Positions 39,809-49,904 of a DNA stretch of 64,000 nucleotides are shown here, one piece after another. The DNA is from an uncultured virus (IMG/VR IMGVR_UViG_3300000553_000028). Its lineage: Duplodnaviria; Heunggongvirae; Uroviricota; Caudoviricetes. Made by a program: the position numbers and the translations under genes. Within the stretch, counting starts at the first letter, position 1. The number at the start of each line of letters is the position of its first letter. Below the pieces are notes generated by a model. The model searched no databases. It had not been told where the DNA came from and worked only from the letters and a program-made list of their open reading frames with translations. The DNA is taken from the IMG/VR virus record IMGVR_UViG_3300000553_000028; one strand, 5' to 3'.

Positions 39809-41220
39809 TGCAAAAACTAGCAATTATAGTTCCATATCGAGATAGACAATCTCACTTAGAAGTATTTATTCCTTATATGGAAGAATATTTAAAGAATTAT
39901 GATTACAAGATTTTTGTCATAGAACAAAATGATAGTAAACCTTTTAATAGAGGTAAACTTTTAAACATTGGTGCAAGAATTGCAATTAAAGAAGGATTTG
40001 ATTATTTTGCATTACATGATGTGGATATGTTACCATTAAAAAATGTAGATTATTCTTATCCAGAAACACCTGTACATTTAATATCAAAAGTAGATAAAGA
40101 AGTTCCATTCGTTGATTATTTTGGTGGTGTAACTTTATTTAATGTACATGATTACAAATTAGTTAATGGATATTCTAATGAGTATTGGGGGTGGGGGTTT
40201 GAAGATGATGATTTATTATATAGATGTATACAAAGAAATATACCATTAGATAAAGTGGCATATGGTATAAAAGATAATAATTATTTGATTAATTATTTTA
40301 AATTCGATGGAAATACATCATATATTAAAATACCTTATAAGAATTTTCAATCCATATTTAATTCTGATTTTACATTATCAATTAAATTAAAACCGGAAGA
40401 TACTAAAACTTCATTAAAAGAAACATTTGATGAATATTATGCAGTATCAATTCCAGGTAGAAACACTGGTATTTCATATACATCATTTAAAAGATATAAA
40501 TCAGAAATTTGGACAAAAGATGATAAATCAAAATCTATTCAATCAGATATATTAGGTGAAATATGGTCGCATTTAGTTTTAGTTAAAGAGAGTAATCAAA
40601 TTTCATTTTATATGAATGGTGAATTAATTGGAACCGAACAACTAAGTGATTTATTGTATGAATATGATAATGATTATTTTTATATTGGTGTAGGTAATCC
40701 AACATTAGATAGTAAACAATTTTATTTTAAAGGATTAATTGCTGAGTTTGCTATTTGGAATATTGCATTAGATAAAGATAATATAAATGAAGTATACGAA
40801 AATTCATTATATAAATCAATCATTAACGATTATAGAAAATATAACAAATCAAAATATCTTAAATGTTATTATGATTTTAAAAATTTCAAAGGAGATATTA
40901 TACAAGATTTAAGTGGTAATAGAAACAATGGTATGATGTATAATTGTGAAGATGGTATTATACTAGATAAATTTGAAACAGAAATAGTAGTTCCTATCAG
41001 AAGAAAAGGACAATTTAAAACATTAAAACATACATCTAATTCTACAATTGGAAATAATTGGATTCATTCAGAAACAAGAAATAACCAAGAAAGATTTTAT
41101 AATGAAATGAAAGGTAACATTGTAGATTTATCTATCGATGGATTAAACACCTGTATTTTTAAAGAAATAGATAGAGTGGATATAACAGATAACGCAGTTA
41201 AAATTTCAGTTAATATATGA
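39808..41220 (+). CDS. GT7 with inserted LamG domain
   Basis: AIIVPYRDR, FNRGKLLNIG, LHDVD, GWGFEDDD; LamG FTLSI, WSHLV, FYMNG, FKGLIAEFAIWN; tail DGLNTC. Confidence 0.88.
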   Translation: MQKLAIIVPYRDRQSHLEVFIPYMEEYLKNYDYKIFVIEQNDSKPFNRGKLLNIGARIAIKEGFDYFALHDVDMLPLKNVDYSYPETPVHLISKVDKEVPFVDYFGGVTLFNVHDYKLVNGYSNEYWGWGFEDDDLLYRCIQRNIPLDKVAYGIKDNNYLINYFKFDGNTSYIKIPYKNFQSIFNSDFTLSIKLKPEDTKTSLKETFDEYYAVSIPGRNTGISYTSFKRYKSEIWTKDDKSKSIQSDILGEIWSHLVLVKESNQISFYMNGELIGTEQLSDLLYEYDNDYFYIGVGNPTLDSKQFYFKGLIAEFAIWNIALDKDNINEVYENSLYKSIINDYRKYNKSKYLKCYYDFKNFKGDIIQDLSGNRNNGMMYNCEDGIILDKFETEIVVPIRRKGQFKTLKHTSNSTIGNNWIHSETRNNQERFYNEMKGNIVDLSIDGLNTCIFKEIDRVDITDNAVKISVNI

Positions 41221-42659
41221 AGTTAGGAGTTTGTGTACCATATAGAAATAGAGAAGCTCATTTAGCAGAGTTTGCACCAAGAGTTCATAAATTCTTAACG
41301 GAGCAAGCTATTGAACATAAAATTTATTTTGCACATCAATGTGATGATAAATTGTTCAATAGAGGTAAAATGAAAAATATTGCAGCCAAACACGCGTTTG
41401 ATGATGGTTGTGATTATATTGTATGGCACGATATAGATATGGTACCAGAAGATAGTTCTTGTGATTATAGCTTCAATCCTGAGAACCCTAAACATTTAGC
41501 AGTAAGAATATCTCAAACAGATTATAATCTAAAATATGAGGAGTATTTTGGTGGTGCAGTACTATTCACAAAAGAACAAGTAATGACTACAAATGGTTAC
41601 TCAAATGATTATTGGGATTGGGGTATGGAGGATGATGACCTATTTTGGAGATGTGTATTGACTGGTAATGCAGAGCAACATTATTTACCACAACTTGATA
41701 ATCAAAAGTATGGTTATTTCAATGGTAAAGATTCATATGTAAAAATTGAACCATCCCGTTCATTAAGAAATGTTTGTTCAAGGTCGCATACAGTTTCCAT
41801 ATTAGTAAGAGCACACCAACAAGAAGAAAAAGTTCCAATTTATTTAATTGGTGATGAAGATAGAAGATTTTGTGAATACCCAATTTTCAGAAGACCGGGT
41901 CATGATTGGGGTATATCTTATAATAATAGTAGAGCATTTACTACAATGATGTGGAACAATAGTAGAGAGTTTTTATATCTTTGGGCAAAACGATATGAAC
42001 AACAATGGACATGGGTTACATTGACCGTAGATGATGAAACTAAAGAAATATCATTATATATTAACGGAAAGAAAAGTGATGCACGTTTTGGAACAGGATT
42101 ATCCTCACCATTACAATATGAAGGATTTTTAAAAAGATATGGTATAGAACCTTATTATATAGGAACAACTACATCAGTAAAAGAGGGTGAAGTAAATAAA
42201 TGGTTTAAAGGGGATATTGCTAAAATGTTTATTTGGGATAGGTGTTTAGATGAAAATGAAATATTAGAATTTCCAGATGAAATGGTAGCACATTATGATT
42301 TTAATGAAACTAATGGAAATATTTTAACAGATTTAAGTGGAAATGGAAATCATGGTGAAATATATAATGTAGAAATAAAAGAGGAAGATATTTTGAAAAT
42401 TCACAATACTATCTTACCTTTCCGTAGAGATGGTAAGTTTGAATGTTTACCACACCAAACGGAAGGATTGATTAGTATAGGTGGTGTTGATAAATGGGCA
42501 AAGGGTGAAACTACTGCAAGAAATGAGAGACGATATATTTTAGAAATGCAGCAAGGAACATATGATTGGAAAAATGATGGTATGAATAGTTTAGAATACG
42601 AACTCATATCAGTAGAAGATATAGGAAATAATTCAGTAATGATAAATTGTAAAGCATAA
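41217..42659 (+). CDS. GT7 with inserted LamG domain
   Basis: VCVPYRNR, FNRGKMKN, WHDID, DWGMEDDD; LamG WTWVTL, LYING, FKGDIA, DLSGNGNHG; tail DGMNSLEY. Confidence 0.88.
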   Translation: MKLGVCVPYRNREAHLAEFAPRVHKFLTEQAIEHKIYFAHQCDDKLFNRGKMKNIAAKHAFDDGCDYIVWHDIDMVPEDSSCDYSFNPENPKHLAVRISQTDYNLKYEEYFGGAVLFTKEQVMTTNGYSNDYWDWGMEDDDLFWRCVLTGNAEQHYLPQLDNQKYGYFNGKDSYVKIEPSRSLRNVCSRSHTVSILVRAHQQEEKVPIYLIGDEDRRFCEYPIFRRPGHDWGISYNNSRAFTTMMWNNSREFLYLWAKRYEQQWTWVTLTVDDETKEISLYINGKKSDARFGTGLSSPLQYEGFLKRYGIEPYYIGTTTSVKEGEVNKWFKGDIAKMFIWDRCLDENEILEFPDEMVAHYDFNETNGNILTDLSGNGNHGEIYNVEIKEEDILKIHNTILPFRRDGKFECLPHQTEGLISIGGVDKWAKGETTARNERRYILEMQQGTYDWKNDGMNSLEYELISVEDIGNNSVMINCKA

Positions 42660-44050
42660 TGGCAAGTTATGAAGAGTTTGAAAAGGTAAGAGAAAACCTT
42701 AATTCAGTAGGTGTAGGGTTTTGTTTAGCAAAATGGATGCAAGTAACAATGCATTTACATATTGGACATAATCATTCATGTCACCACCCAATGACACACC
42801 AAATATCAACAACTGAAATAGAAAGAGATCCATCGGCATTACATAATACTCGATTCAAAAAAGAAAAGAGAAAAGAAATGTTAGAAGGAAAAAGACCAAC
42901 AGAATGTGATTATTGTTGGGGTGTAGAAGATAGTTCAAATCAATTTAGTGATAGAACTTTTAAATCATCTGAACCATGGGCATATCCACACTTAGAAAAA
43001 ATTAAAAATACACATTGGAGAGAAAATATAAATCCTTCATATGTAGAAGTTTCATTCAGTAATGCTTGTAATTTTAAATGTTCATATTGTGCACCACCAT
43101 TCTCAACAAAATGGATGGAAGAAATAGAACAATACGGTGGTTATCCAACAAGTGATAGTTTTAATGATTTGAAACATTTTACTAGTAGTGGTAGAATTCC
43201 CATTCCACAAAATGAATACAATCCATATGTAGAAGCATTTTGGAAATGGTGGCCTGAGTTATATCAAGATTTATATACATTTAGAATTACGGGTGGTGAA
43301 CCTATGATGCATAAAGATACTATGAAAGTATTAGATTATATTATTGATTCACCAAATCCTAATAAAGAATTATCATTAAGTATTAATTCAAATTTAGGAG
43401 TTCCAGATAGTTTATATAAAAAATTCAGAGAGAAATTTAAAATAATTTCGGATAGAGGATTAGTTAAAGAATTAATAATTTATACAAGTTGTGATGGATA
43501 TGGTGCACAGGCCGAGTATGGTAGAAATGGATTAGTTTATAATCAATTAATGGATAGAATTGATGATTTATGTGATTATATTCCTAGATTAACAATTGAT
43601 ATTATGAGCACTTATAACGTGTTATCGGTTCCATCTTATAAAAAATTAATAACGGATGTTTATTCATTAAAAGCAAAACATACAAACGCATTAAGATATT
43701 ACAAACAACCTCTTTTATTAGATAGTTCATACCTTCGTTATCCTAATCATCAATCTATTAAAATATTAGATAGAGAATGGGAAAAGGAAATATTTGAACA
43801 AGCACAATTAGTTGAGTTTCATGAATTACTAAGAGAAGATGCTAATTGTTATGGGTTTAGTGATGTTGAAATTGTAAAAGTAAGAAGAATACATGATTAT
43901 TTTATTTCAATTGATGATGAAGATAGAATGGCACACAGAAAAGATTTTTATAAATTTTTTAGTGAACATGATAAAAGAAGAGGAACTAATTTTGAGAAAA
44001 CATTTCCTGAATTAACTGATTTTTATAACAAATGTAAAGAAATGAAATAA
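42659..44050 (+). CDS. radical SAM protein with N-terminal Cys-rich (twitch-like) domain
   Basis: CNFKCSYC; ITGGEP; N-terminal FCLAKW..SCHH..CDYCW. Confidence 0.9.
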   Translation: MASYEEFEKVRENLNSVGVGFCLAKWMQVTMHLHIGHNHSCHHPMTHQISTTEIERDPSALHNTRFKKEKRKEMLEGKRPTECDYCWGVEDSSNQFSDRTFKSSEPWAYPHLEKIKNTHWRENINPSYVEVSFSNACNFKCSYCAPPFSTKWMEEIEQYGGYPTSDSFNDLKHFTSSGRIPIPQNEYNPYVEAFWKWWPELYQDLYTFRITGGEPMMHKDTMKVLDYIIDSPNPNKELSLSINSNLGVPDSLYKKFREKFKIISDRGLVKELIIYTSCDGYGAQAEYGRNGLVYNQLMDRIDDLCDYIPRLTIDIMSTYNVLSVPSYKKLITDVYSLKAKHTNALRYYKQPLLLDSSYLRYPNHQSIKILDREWEKEIFEQAQLVEFHELLREDANCYGFSDVEIVKVRRIHDYFISIDDEDRMAHRKDFYKFFSEHDKRRGTNFEKTFPELTDFYNKCKEMK

Positions 44051-44733
44051 TGGAATTTAAAGATACCTTTTGTGCAAGTTTATTTAGAGAAAGTAAACAT
44101 AATACATCATTAAAACCAAATTTATTAAGCGATATATTTCAACATTCAGTTAAAATAGAATGTAAATTTATAGCAGAAAATAATTATAAAAAACAATGGA
44201 TTTTTTCTAAACAAGGAATAATTAATAGTGGATGTTTTATTGATGGTAATAAATTATCATTTACATTATCATCAACCACTAATGATATTGATTTTACAAA
44301 TAGTCAAGTTCAAATAGATTATGAATTTGATTATAATAAAGAATATGAAATTCAATATAAAATCAATACAAATACAAATGAATTAATAGTATCAGTAAAT
44401 GGTGAAATTAGAAAAATGTATTATAGTGGAAATCTTAGTGATTATTCAAACGTACCATTATGGATAGGAACATCTAATCCATTTGTAGAGCCACAAAATT
44501 ATTTTAATGGAAATATATCTAAGTTTATAGTTTCAAATAATGATGGAATTATTACGGATTTAGATTTTACAAATGTTAATAGATTTAAAGTTTGGGATAA
44601 AAGTGGTAATGGTAATTTTGCTTACATAGAAGAATTTGCAAATAAAACAATACAAATAAAATTAAATAGAATGATAGCTGGAAATTCATTAGAACCAGCA
44701 GATATTACTAATATAAAACAAACTTTAATATAA
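44050..44733 (+). CDS. stand-alone LamG/concanavalin-like domain protein
   Basis: PLWIG, YFNGNIS, VWDKSGNGNFA match the LamG inserts of the GT7 genes. Confidence 0.65.
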   Translation: MEFKDTFCASLFRESKHNTSLKPNLLSDIFQHSVKIECKFIAENNYKKQWIFSKQGIINSGCFIDGNKLSFTLSSTTNDIDFTNSQVQIDYEFDYNKEYEIQYKINTNTNELIVSVNGEIRKMYYSGNLSDYSNVPLWIGTSNPFVEPQNYFNGNISKFIVSNNDGIITDLDFTNVNRFKVWDKSGNGNFAYIEEFANKTIQIKLNRMIAGNSLEPADITNIKQTLI

Positions 44734-45701
44734 TGAAAATATTAATAACAGGTGGAGCTGGATATTTAGGAACAGTTATCACTAAAACAATGTTAGAAGC
44801 AGGGCATAAAGTAACTGCAATAGATAATTTATCATTTAAACAATTATCACCTTTACATTATACATCAAACCCAAACTATAATTTTATTTATGGCGATGTA
44901 AGAAATGAAGCATTTTTAAGACATCAAGTTGGTATTCATGATGTTATAATTCCATTGGCAGCAATTGTAGGATTTCCCGCATGTAAAGCAGACCCTAAAT
45001 TAGCGTGGGAAGTTAATTTTCATCAAATAGAAACTATATTAGATACAATTACTGATGACCAAATTATTTTATACCCAAATACAAATAGTGGTTATGGTAT
45101 TGGTGAAGGACAAACGGAATGTACTGAAACTTCGCCACTAAACCCAATTTCAGTTTATGGTGAAAGTAAATGTGCAGCTGAAAAATTATTATTAGAATGT
45201 TCACAGTCAGTATGTTTTCGTTTGGCAACCGTATTCGGTACATCGGCAAGAATGAGAACGGATTTGTTAGTTAATGAATTTGTTTACAAAGCAATGACTG
45301 ATAAATACATTACCGTTTTTGAAAAACATTTTAAGAGAAACTTTATTCATATTAATGATGTAGCAAGTGTATTTTTATGGGCATTGAACAATTACGATAA
45401 AATGAAACACAATGTTTACAATGTTGGATTGAGTGATGCAAATTTAAGTAAACAAGAATTATTAGAAAAAATACAAGAATATATTCCTGATTTTGCAATT
45501 AGTTATTCTGATTTTTATGAAGATCCGGATAAGAGAGATTATATTGTATCAAACGCAAAAATAGAAGCAACAGGTTGGAAACCAAAGTATAGTTTAGATG
45601 ATGGTATTAAAGAATTGATGAAAACATATCAGGTCTTAATTCCAAAAATGACATCTGAATTTAGAAACGGATTCCCATTAGGTTACGCACAAACTTTTTA
45701 A
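44733..45701 (+). CDS. NAD-dependent epimerase/dehydratase (extended SDR)
   Basis: ITGGAGYLG; YGESK; FRLATVFG; RNFIHI. Confidence 0.9.
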   Translation: MKILITGGAGYLGTVITKTMLEAGHKVTAIDNLSFKQLSPLHYTSNPNYNFIYGDVRNEAFLRHQVGIHDVIIPLAAIVGFPACKADPKLAWEVNFHQIETILDTITDDQIILYPNTNSGYGIGEGQTECTETSPLNPISVYGESKCAAEKLLLECSQSVCFRLATVFGTSARMRTDLLVNEFVYKAMTDKYITVFEKHFKRNFIHINDVASVFLWALNNYDKMKHNVYNVGLSDANLSKQELLEKIQEYIPDFAISYSDFYEDPDKRDYIVSNAKIEATGWKPKYSLDDGIKELMKTYQVLIPKMTSEFRNGFPLGYAQTF

Positions 45702-45702
45702 T

Positions 45703-47250
45703 ATGAGTAATTTTGTTTGGGGTAAAAAAGGTGATGAAACATTTCAAGAATATAGAGATAGAGCAATAAACTCAGTATCTCCATCTTTTTGTGGTGCAAA
45801 GTGGTATAATGCAACCATATGGTTAAATATGGGACAAACTACATCATGCCATCATCCACCTGCACACAAAATACCACTAGAAGAATTGGATAAATCATAC
45901 AAAGCACTTCATAATACGCACTACAAAAAGTTAGTTCGTAAAGAAATGTTAGAAGGTATAAGACCGGCAGAATGTGAGTATTGTTGGAAAGTAGAAGATT
46001 TAGGACCAGATAAAGTAAGTGATAGAGTTTACAAATCAGTTATATATTCGGATGAAGAATTGATTGAAGCAAAAGAACAATTTGGTTATACTAAGGATGT
46101 GGATTTGAAAACATTGGAAATTAGTTTTGATGCTAATTGTAACTTTGCATGTTCATATTGTAATGCATCATTTAGTACAACTTGGCAAACTGATATTAAA
46201 ACAAATGGAGCTTATCAAAATTTAGTTACTGATGGTGCACCTGCATTTCACCACGCTGGAGATGATGCAATGATATATGGTAAGGATAACAAAGATAATC
46301 CATATGTTGCAGCATTTTGGAAATGGTGGGAAGGTGAGTTACAACATTCATTAAGAGAGTTAAGAGTTACTGGTGGCGAACCTACAATGAGTAAAGATTT
46401 TTGGAAGTTAATGGATTGGTGGAAAACCCATAATGAATGTAGTGTTAGATTTGCAGTTAATTCTAATTTAGGACAAAAGCAAGAGTTAGTAGATAGATTA
46501 ATAGCAGCAACTCACAACTTTAAGGAAATCGATATTTATACGAGTGGTGAAAGTGTTGGTAAGCATGCAGAATATATTAGAGATGGTAAAGATTGGAATA
46601 GGTGGAAAACAAATGTAGAAGCAATATTGAGAGATGGTAAAGTAAGAACAATGAATGTAATGATGACAATAAATGCATTATGTTTGTTTAGTATTACAGA
46701 TTTCTTAGATGAAATGAATATATTAAGAGAGAAGTATATAGATAAAACTCCACTCCTAATGACACTTAATATTTTAAGATTTCCTTCATTTCAATCAGCA
46801 ACTACACTACCTGAAGAAATACGATTAGAAAGAGCAGACCACCTTCAAAATTGGGTTGAAAACTTTATTAAGAGTAAACCTTCATATTACAACGATACCG
46901 ATTTGTGGGGGCTTGCAAATCAAATTTATAGGTTATGTGAATATTTAAGAGAAGTAACACAAGGACATAGATTTGCATCGGATTTAAGAAGTAGACAGAG
47001 AGATTTCAAATCATTCTATCAACAATATGATATTCGTAGAGGTAAAAACTTTATTGAAACATTTCCAGAATTGGAAGATTGGTTTGAAATGGTTAGAGAA
47101 AGTAGAACTGATTATGTTCAAGAAATCAAAAAGGTTAGGGGTGATGAAAATAATCGTTACAAATTAGATTATGAAAAAAGAGCATTAGAAGAAGGTATTG
47201 TAACAGATGATTTAGAAAATGAAATTATAAAACATTTGAATAATGAGTAA
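45703..47250 (+). CDS. radical SAM protein with N-terminal Cys-rich (twitch-like) domain
   Basis: CNFACSYC; VTGGEP; FCGAKW..SCHH..CEYCW; paralog of 42659. Confidence 0.9.
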   Translation: MSNFVWGKKGDETFQEYRDRAINSVSPSFCGAKWYNATIWLNMGQTTSCHHPPAHKIPLEELDKSYKALHNTHYKKLVRKEMLEGIRPAECEYCWKVEDLGPDKVSDRVYKSVIYSDEELIEAKEQFGYTKDVDLKTLEISFDANCNFACSYCNASFSTTWQTDIKTNGAYQNLVTDGAPAFHHAGDDAMIYGKDNKDNPYVAAFWKWWEGELQHSLRELRVTGGEPTMSKDFWKLMDWWKTHNECSVRFAVNSNLGQKQELVDRLIAATHNFKEIDIYTSGESVGKHAEYIRDGKDWNRWKTNVEAILRDGKVRTMNVMMTINALCLFSITDFLDEMNILREKYIDKTPLLMTLNILRFPSFQSATTLPEEIRLERADHLQNWVENFIKSKPSYYNDTDLWGLANQIYRLCEYLREVTQGHRFASDLRSRQRDFKSFYQQYDIRRGKNFIETFPELEDWFEMVRESRTDYVQEIKKVRGDENNRYKLDYEKRALEEGIVTDDLENEIIKHLNNE

Positions 47251-47779
47251 TAAATGGGATCAATTTAGAGTAACTCCATCAAAAAAATTTGGTATGGAAG
47301 TTCCAATCTTTACACCTTCAATTTATAGAGAGTATAGAGGTGAAATATTTACAACATTTCATAATCAGGAACATCCTGTAATGATAAGAATAGGTGAAGG
47401 ACATGAAATACATAGCAGATTCTCAAAATCATATAAGGGTGTTTTAAGAGGATTACACTATGACAATAAAACTTGGAAACTTGTACAAGCTTTAGTTGGA
47501 GATATTTACCTAATTGTTTTGGATATGCGAAAAGAAAGTCCTACATTTGGAGAGTGGGAATCCTTTATGATAACTGAGAAAGATAGAAATCAAGTATTAA
47601 TTCCACCAGGATTCGCAAATGGACATTACGCATTAACCGATTGTATTTTTCATTATAACTTATTTTATAAAGATGGTTATGTGGATGCAGATGAGCAAGG
47701 TGTGGTTAAATGGAATGATCCGGAATATCAAATGGAATGGCCAACAATAAATCCAATATTACAAAAAAGAGATAGATAA
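47243..47779 (+). CDS. rmlC: dTDP-4-dehydrorhamnose 3,5-epimerase family (RmlC-like)
   Basis: RGEIF, SKSYKGVLRGLHY, KLV, DMRKESPTFGEW, IPPGFANGH, WNDP. Confidence 0.88.
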   Translation: MSNKWDQFRVTPSKKFGMEVPIFTPSIYREYRGEIFTTFHNQEHPVMIRIGEGHEIHSRFSKSYKGVLRGLHYDNKTWKLVQALVGDIYLIVLDMRKESPTFGEWESFMITEKDRNQVLIPPGFANGHYALTDCIFHYNLFYKDGYVDADEQGVVKWNDPEYQMEWPTINPILQKRDR

Positions 47780-48414
47780 TGATAGAAAATTTACAAAAAT
47801 ATCCAGTTGTATCAGAAGTTCGTTACACAAAGGAAGATTTAATTAACTACGAAAGAATGATTGCAGACCATTGGGAAGCAGGTAAGATTAAAGGACCGGT
47901 GCATTTAAGTGGTGGTAACGAAGAACAACTTATTGAAATTGGTAAAAGAATTAAAGAAACAGATTGGGTATTCTCAACCTGGCGTTCTCATTATCACGCA
48001 CTAATTAAAGGTGTGTGTCCAGTTTGGTTAGAAGAAGAAATCTTAGCAGGTAGAAGTATTACTATTGTTAGTGAGGAACAAAGATTTTATGCAAGTGCAA
48101 TTGTAGGAGCAATCATACCTATCGCAGTTGGTGTAGCTATGGCAAATAAAAGAGATGGTAAAGATGATAAGGTATTTTGTTTTGTAGGTGATATGGCATT
48201 TGAGACCGGTGGGTTTTATGAAATGCACAAATATGCAGAAAGATATGATTTACCAATTGTATTTGTAGTAGAAGATAATGGTGTATCAACTAACACTCCA
48301 ACTGAAGCAACTTGGAATGGAGAAAAGAGAACAATACCATCAGAAAAAGTTATTTGGTATTCATATGAAAAAGTATGGCCTCATTATGGAACAGGTAAAT
48401 GGGTAATATTTTAA
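47779..48414 (+). CDS. ThDP-dependent enzyme, E1-alpha-like subunit (short)
   Basis: HLSGGNE, STWRSHYH, FVGD...VVEDN ThDP-binding motif. Confidence 0.85.
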   Translation: MIENLQKYPVVSEVRYTKEDLINYERMIADHWEAGKIKGPVHLSGGNEEQLIEIGKRIKETDWVFSTWRSHYHALIKGVCPVWLEEEILAGRSITIVSEEQRFYASAIVGAIIPIAVGVAMANKRDGKDDKVFCFVGDMAFETGGFYEMHKYAERYDLPIVFVVEDNGVSTNTPTEATWNGEKRTIPSEKVIWYSYEKVWPHYGTGKWVIF

Positions 48415-49904
48415 TGGAAAAAATAAATTTTATATACGAATACGAAAACGATGGGGTTATATTTCCAAATGGATTAACATACGATGCGTATCTTTCTACA
48501 TTGGAACAAATACAACTTCATGGTGTTTCTACAAATGATTTTTTTACTAGAGGTTATACTGACCATCATATGGTTATAAATTTATCCTCAAAGTATCCAG
48601 AAAAAACATTTAATGTATTTTATACAAGAACTATATATGAAAATGTATTACACTTCTTTACAAAAGTAAATGAAAGAAAATATACATTTGAAAAAAATGA
48701 TAAACAATTTGAAGTAAATTTAATAACACCAGATAAAATACAAAGTGGTGAAAGAAATTATTATATTGTAAATTTATTTGGTAACGAAGATTTTTTATTT
48801 CAAACTCCATCTTTGACTGTAACTAATTTAGAAGAAAAACAATCTGGAAATAGACCACTTTTAAATTTAGATGAAAAAATTATAAATGCAATTAAATTAG
48901 GAGATTTAAAATTAGTAATTGCAACTTTCCATGAAGGTGGTGTACATTATCCATCTTTTTTTGAAAAATTATATTTTAGTTGTTTTAAATTAGGATTAAA
49001 TCCGAATGATATACATTATGTAAATGCGGATGCAAATATAGAATTACAACATGATTTATATTGTAGAAATAATATAATTCCTGGAAAAATAAATTGTCAT
49101 TTTGTAGATTGGTTATTTACAACGGCTTGTGGGGCATATTCAAATAATCCATATGATGAAGATGTATTAAATTATGAAGGTGAGAGAGAGAAAAACTTTT
49201 TAATATTTAATCGTTCAGTATTTAAAGATCATAGATTTTGGTATTTATCACAATTACAAAAAAATAAAGTATTAGATGATTGTTTATTTTCTATGATATT
49301 TCCATATGATAGAGAAATACAATTTGGACAAGATATATACAGAGGATTTCCTGCATTTACAACGGAAGAAGAATTTAAAGAAGTATTACCATATATGCAA
49401 GAAGTGAAAGATATGGGTTCTATTAAAATTGATGATGTAGATACATTTGAAGATTCTACATTTTATGTTAATGGACGTAGAGTTCACTATGGTTGGATTG
49501 ATTGGAGTAAACCTACATTTGATTTTACTTTCTTACGAACATATATGACATTACTTACTGAATCATCTTTTACAAGTTGTCAAGTTTCTGAAAAAGGAGT
49601 AAAGGCATTAAGATACTATCATCCATTCATAGCGGTAGCAGGACCACATTATTTAAAAATGTTAAGAAGAAAAGGATTTAGAACATTTGGTAAATATTTT
49701 GATGAGAGTTATGATGATATTGAAGATCATGGAGAACGAATGAAAGCAATCGTTAAACTTACAACTGAATTAAACGATCCAAAAAAACTACATAAAATAT
49801 TTATGGATAGTAAAGAAGATGTAATTTACAATTCACATTTATGTAGAACATTTTCTGACTACCAAACAATACAAGAACTATTTTACAATATATTTGAAAT
49901 ATGA
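48414..49904 (+). CDS. hypothetical protein, GT10-like C-terminal motif (paralog 1)
   Basis: FLIFNR..HR, TESSF..VSEK..HPFI..GFRTF..FDESYD; start moved to the ATG at 48414 that overlaps the upstream stop. Confidence 0.55.
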   Translation: MEKINFIYEYENDGVIFPNGLTYDAYLSTLEQIQLHGVSTNDFFTRGYTDHHMVINLSSKYPEKTFNVFYTRTIYENVLHFFTKVNERKYTFEKNDKQFEVNLITPDKIQSGERNYYIVNLFGNEDFLFQTPSLTVTNLEEKQSGNRPLLNLDEKIINAIKLGDLKLVIATFHEGGVHYPSFFEKLYFSCFKLGLNPNDIHYVNADANIELQHDLYCRNNIIPGKINCHFVDWLFTTACGAYSNNPYDEDVLNYEGEREKNFLIFNRSVFKDHRFWYLSQLQKNKVLDDCLFSMIFPYDREIQFGQDIYRGFPAFTTEEEFKEVLPYMQEVKDMGSIKIDDVDTFEDSTFYVNGRRVHYGWIDWSKPTFDFTFLRTYMTLLTESSFTSCQVSEKGVKALRYYHPFIAVAGPHYLKMLRRKGFRTFGKYFDESYDDIEDHGERMKAIVKLTTELNDPKKLHKIFMDSKEDVIYNSHLCRTFSDYQTIQELFYNIFEI

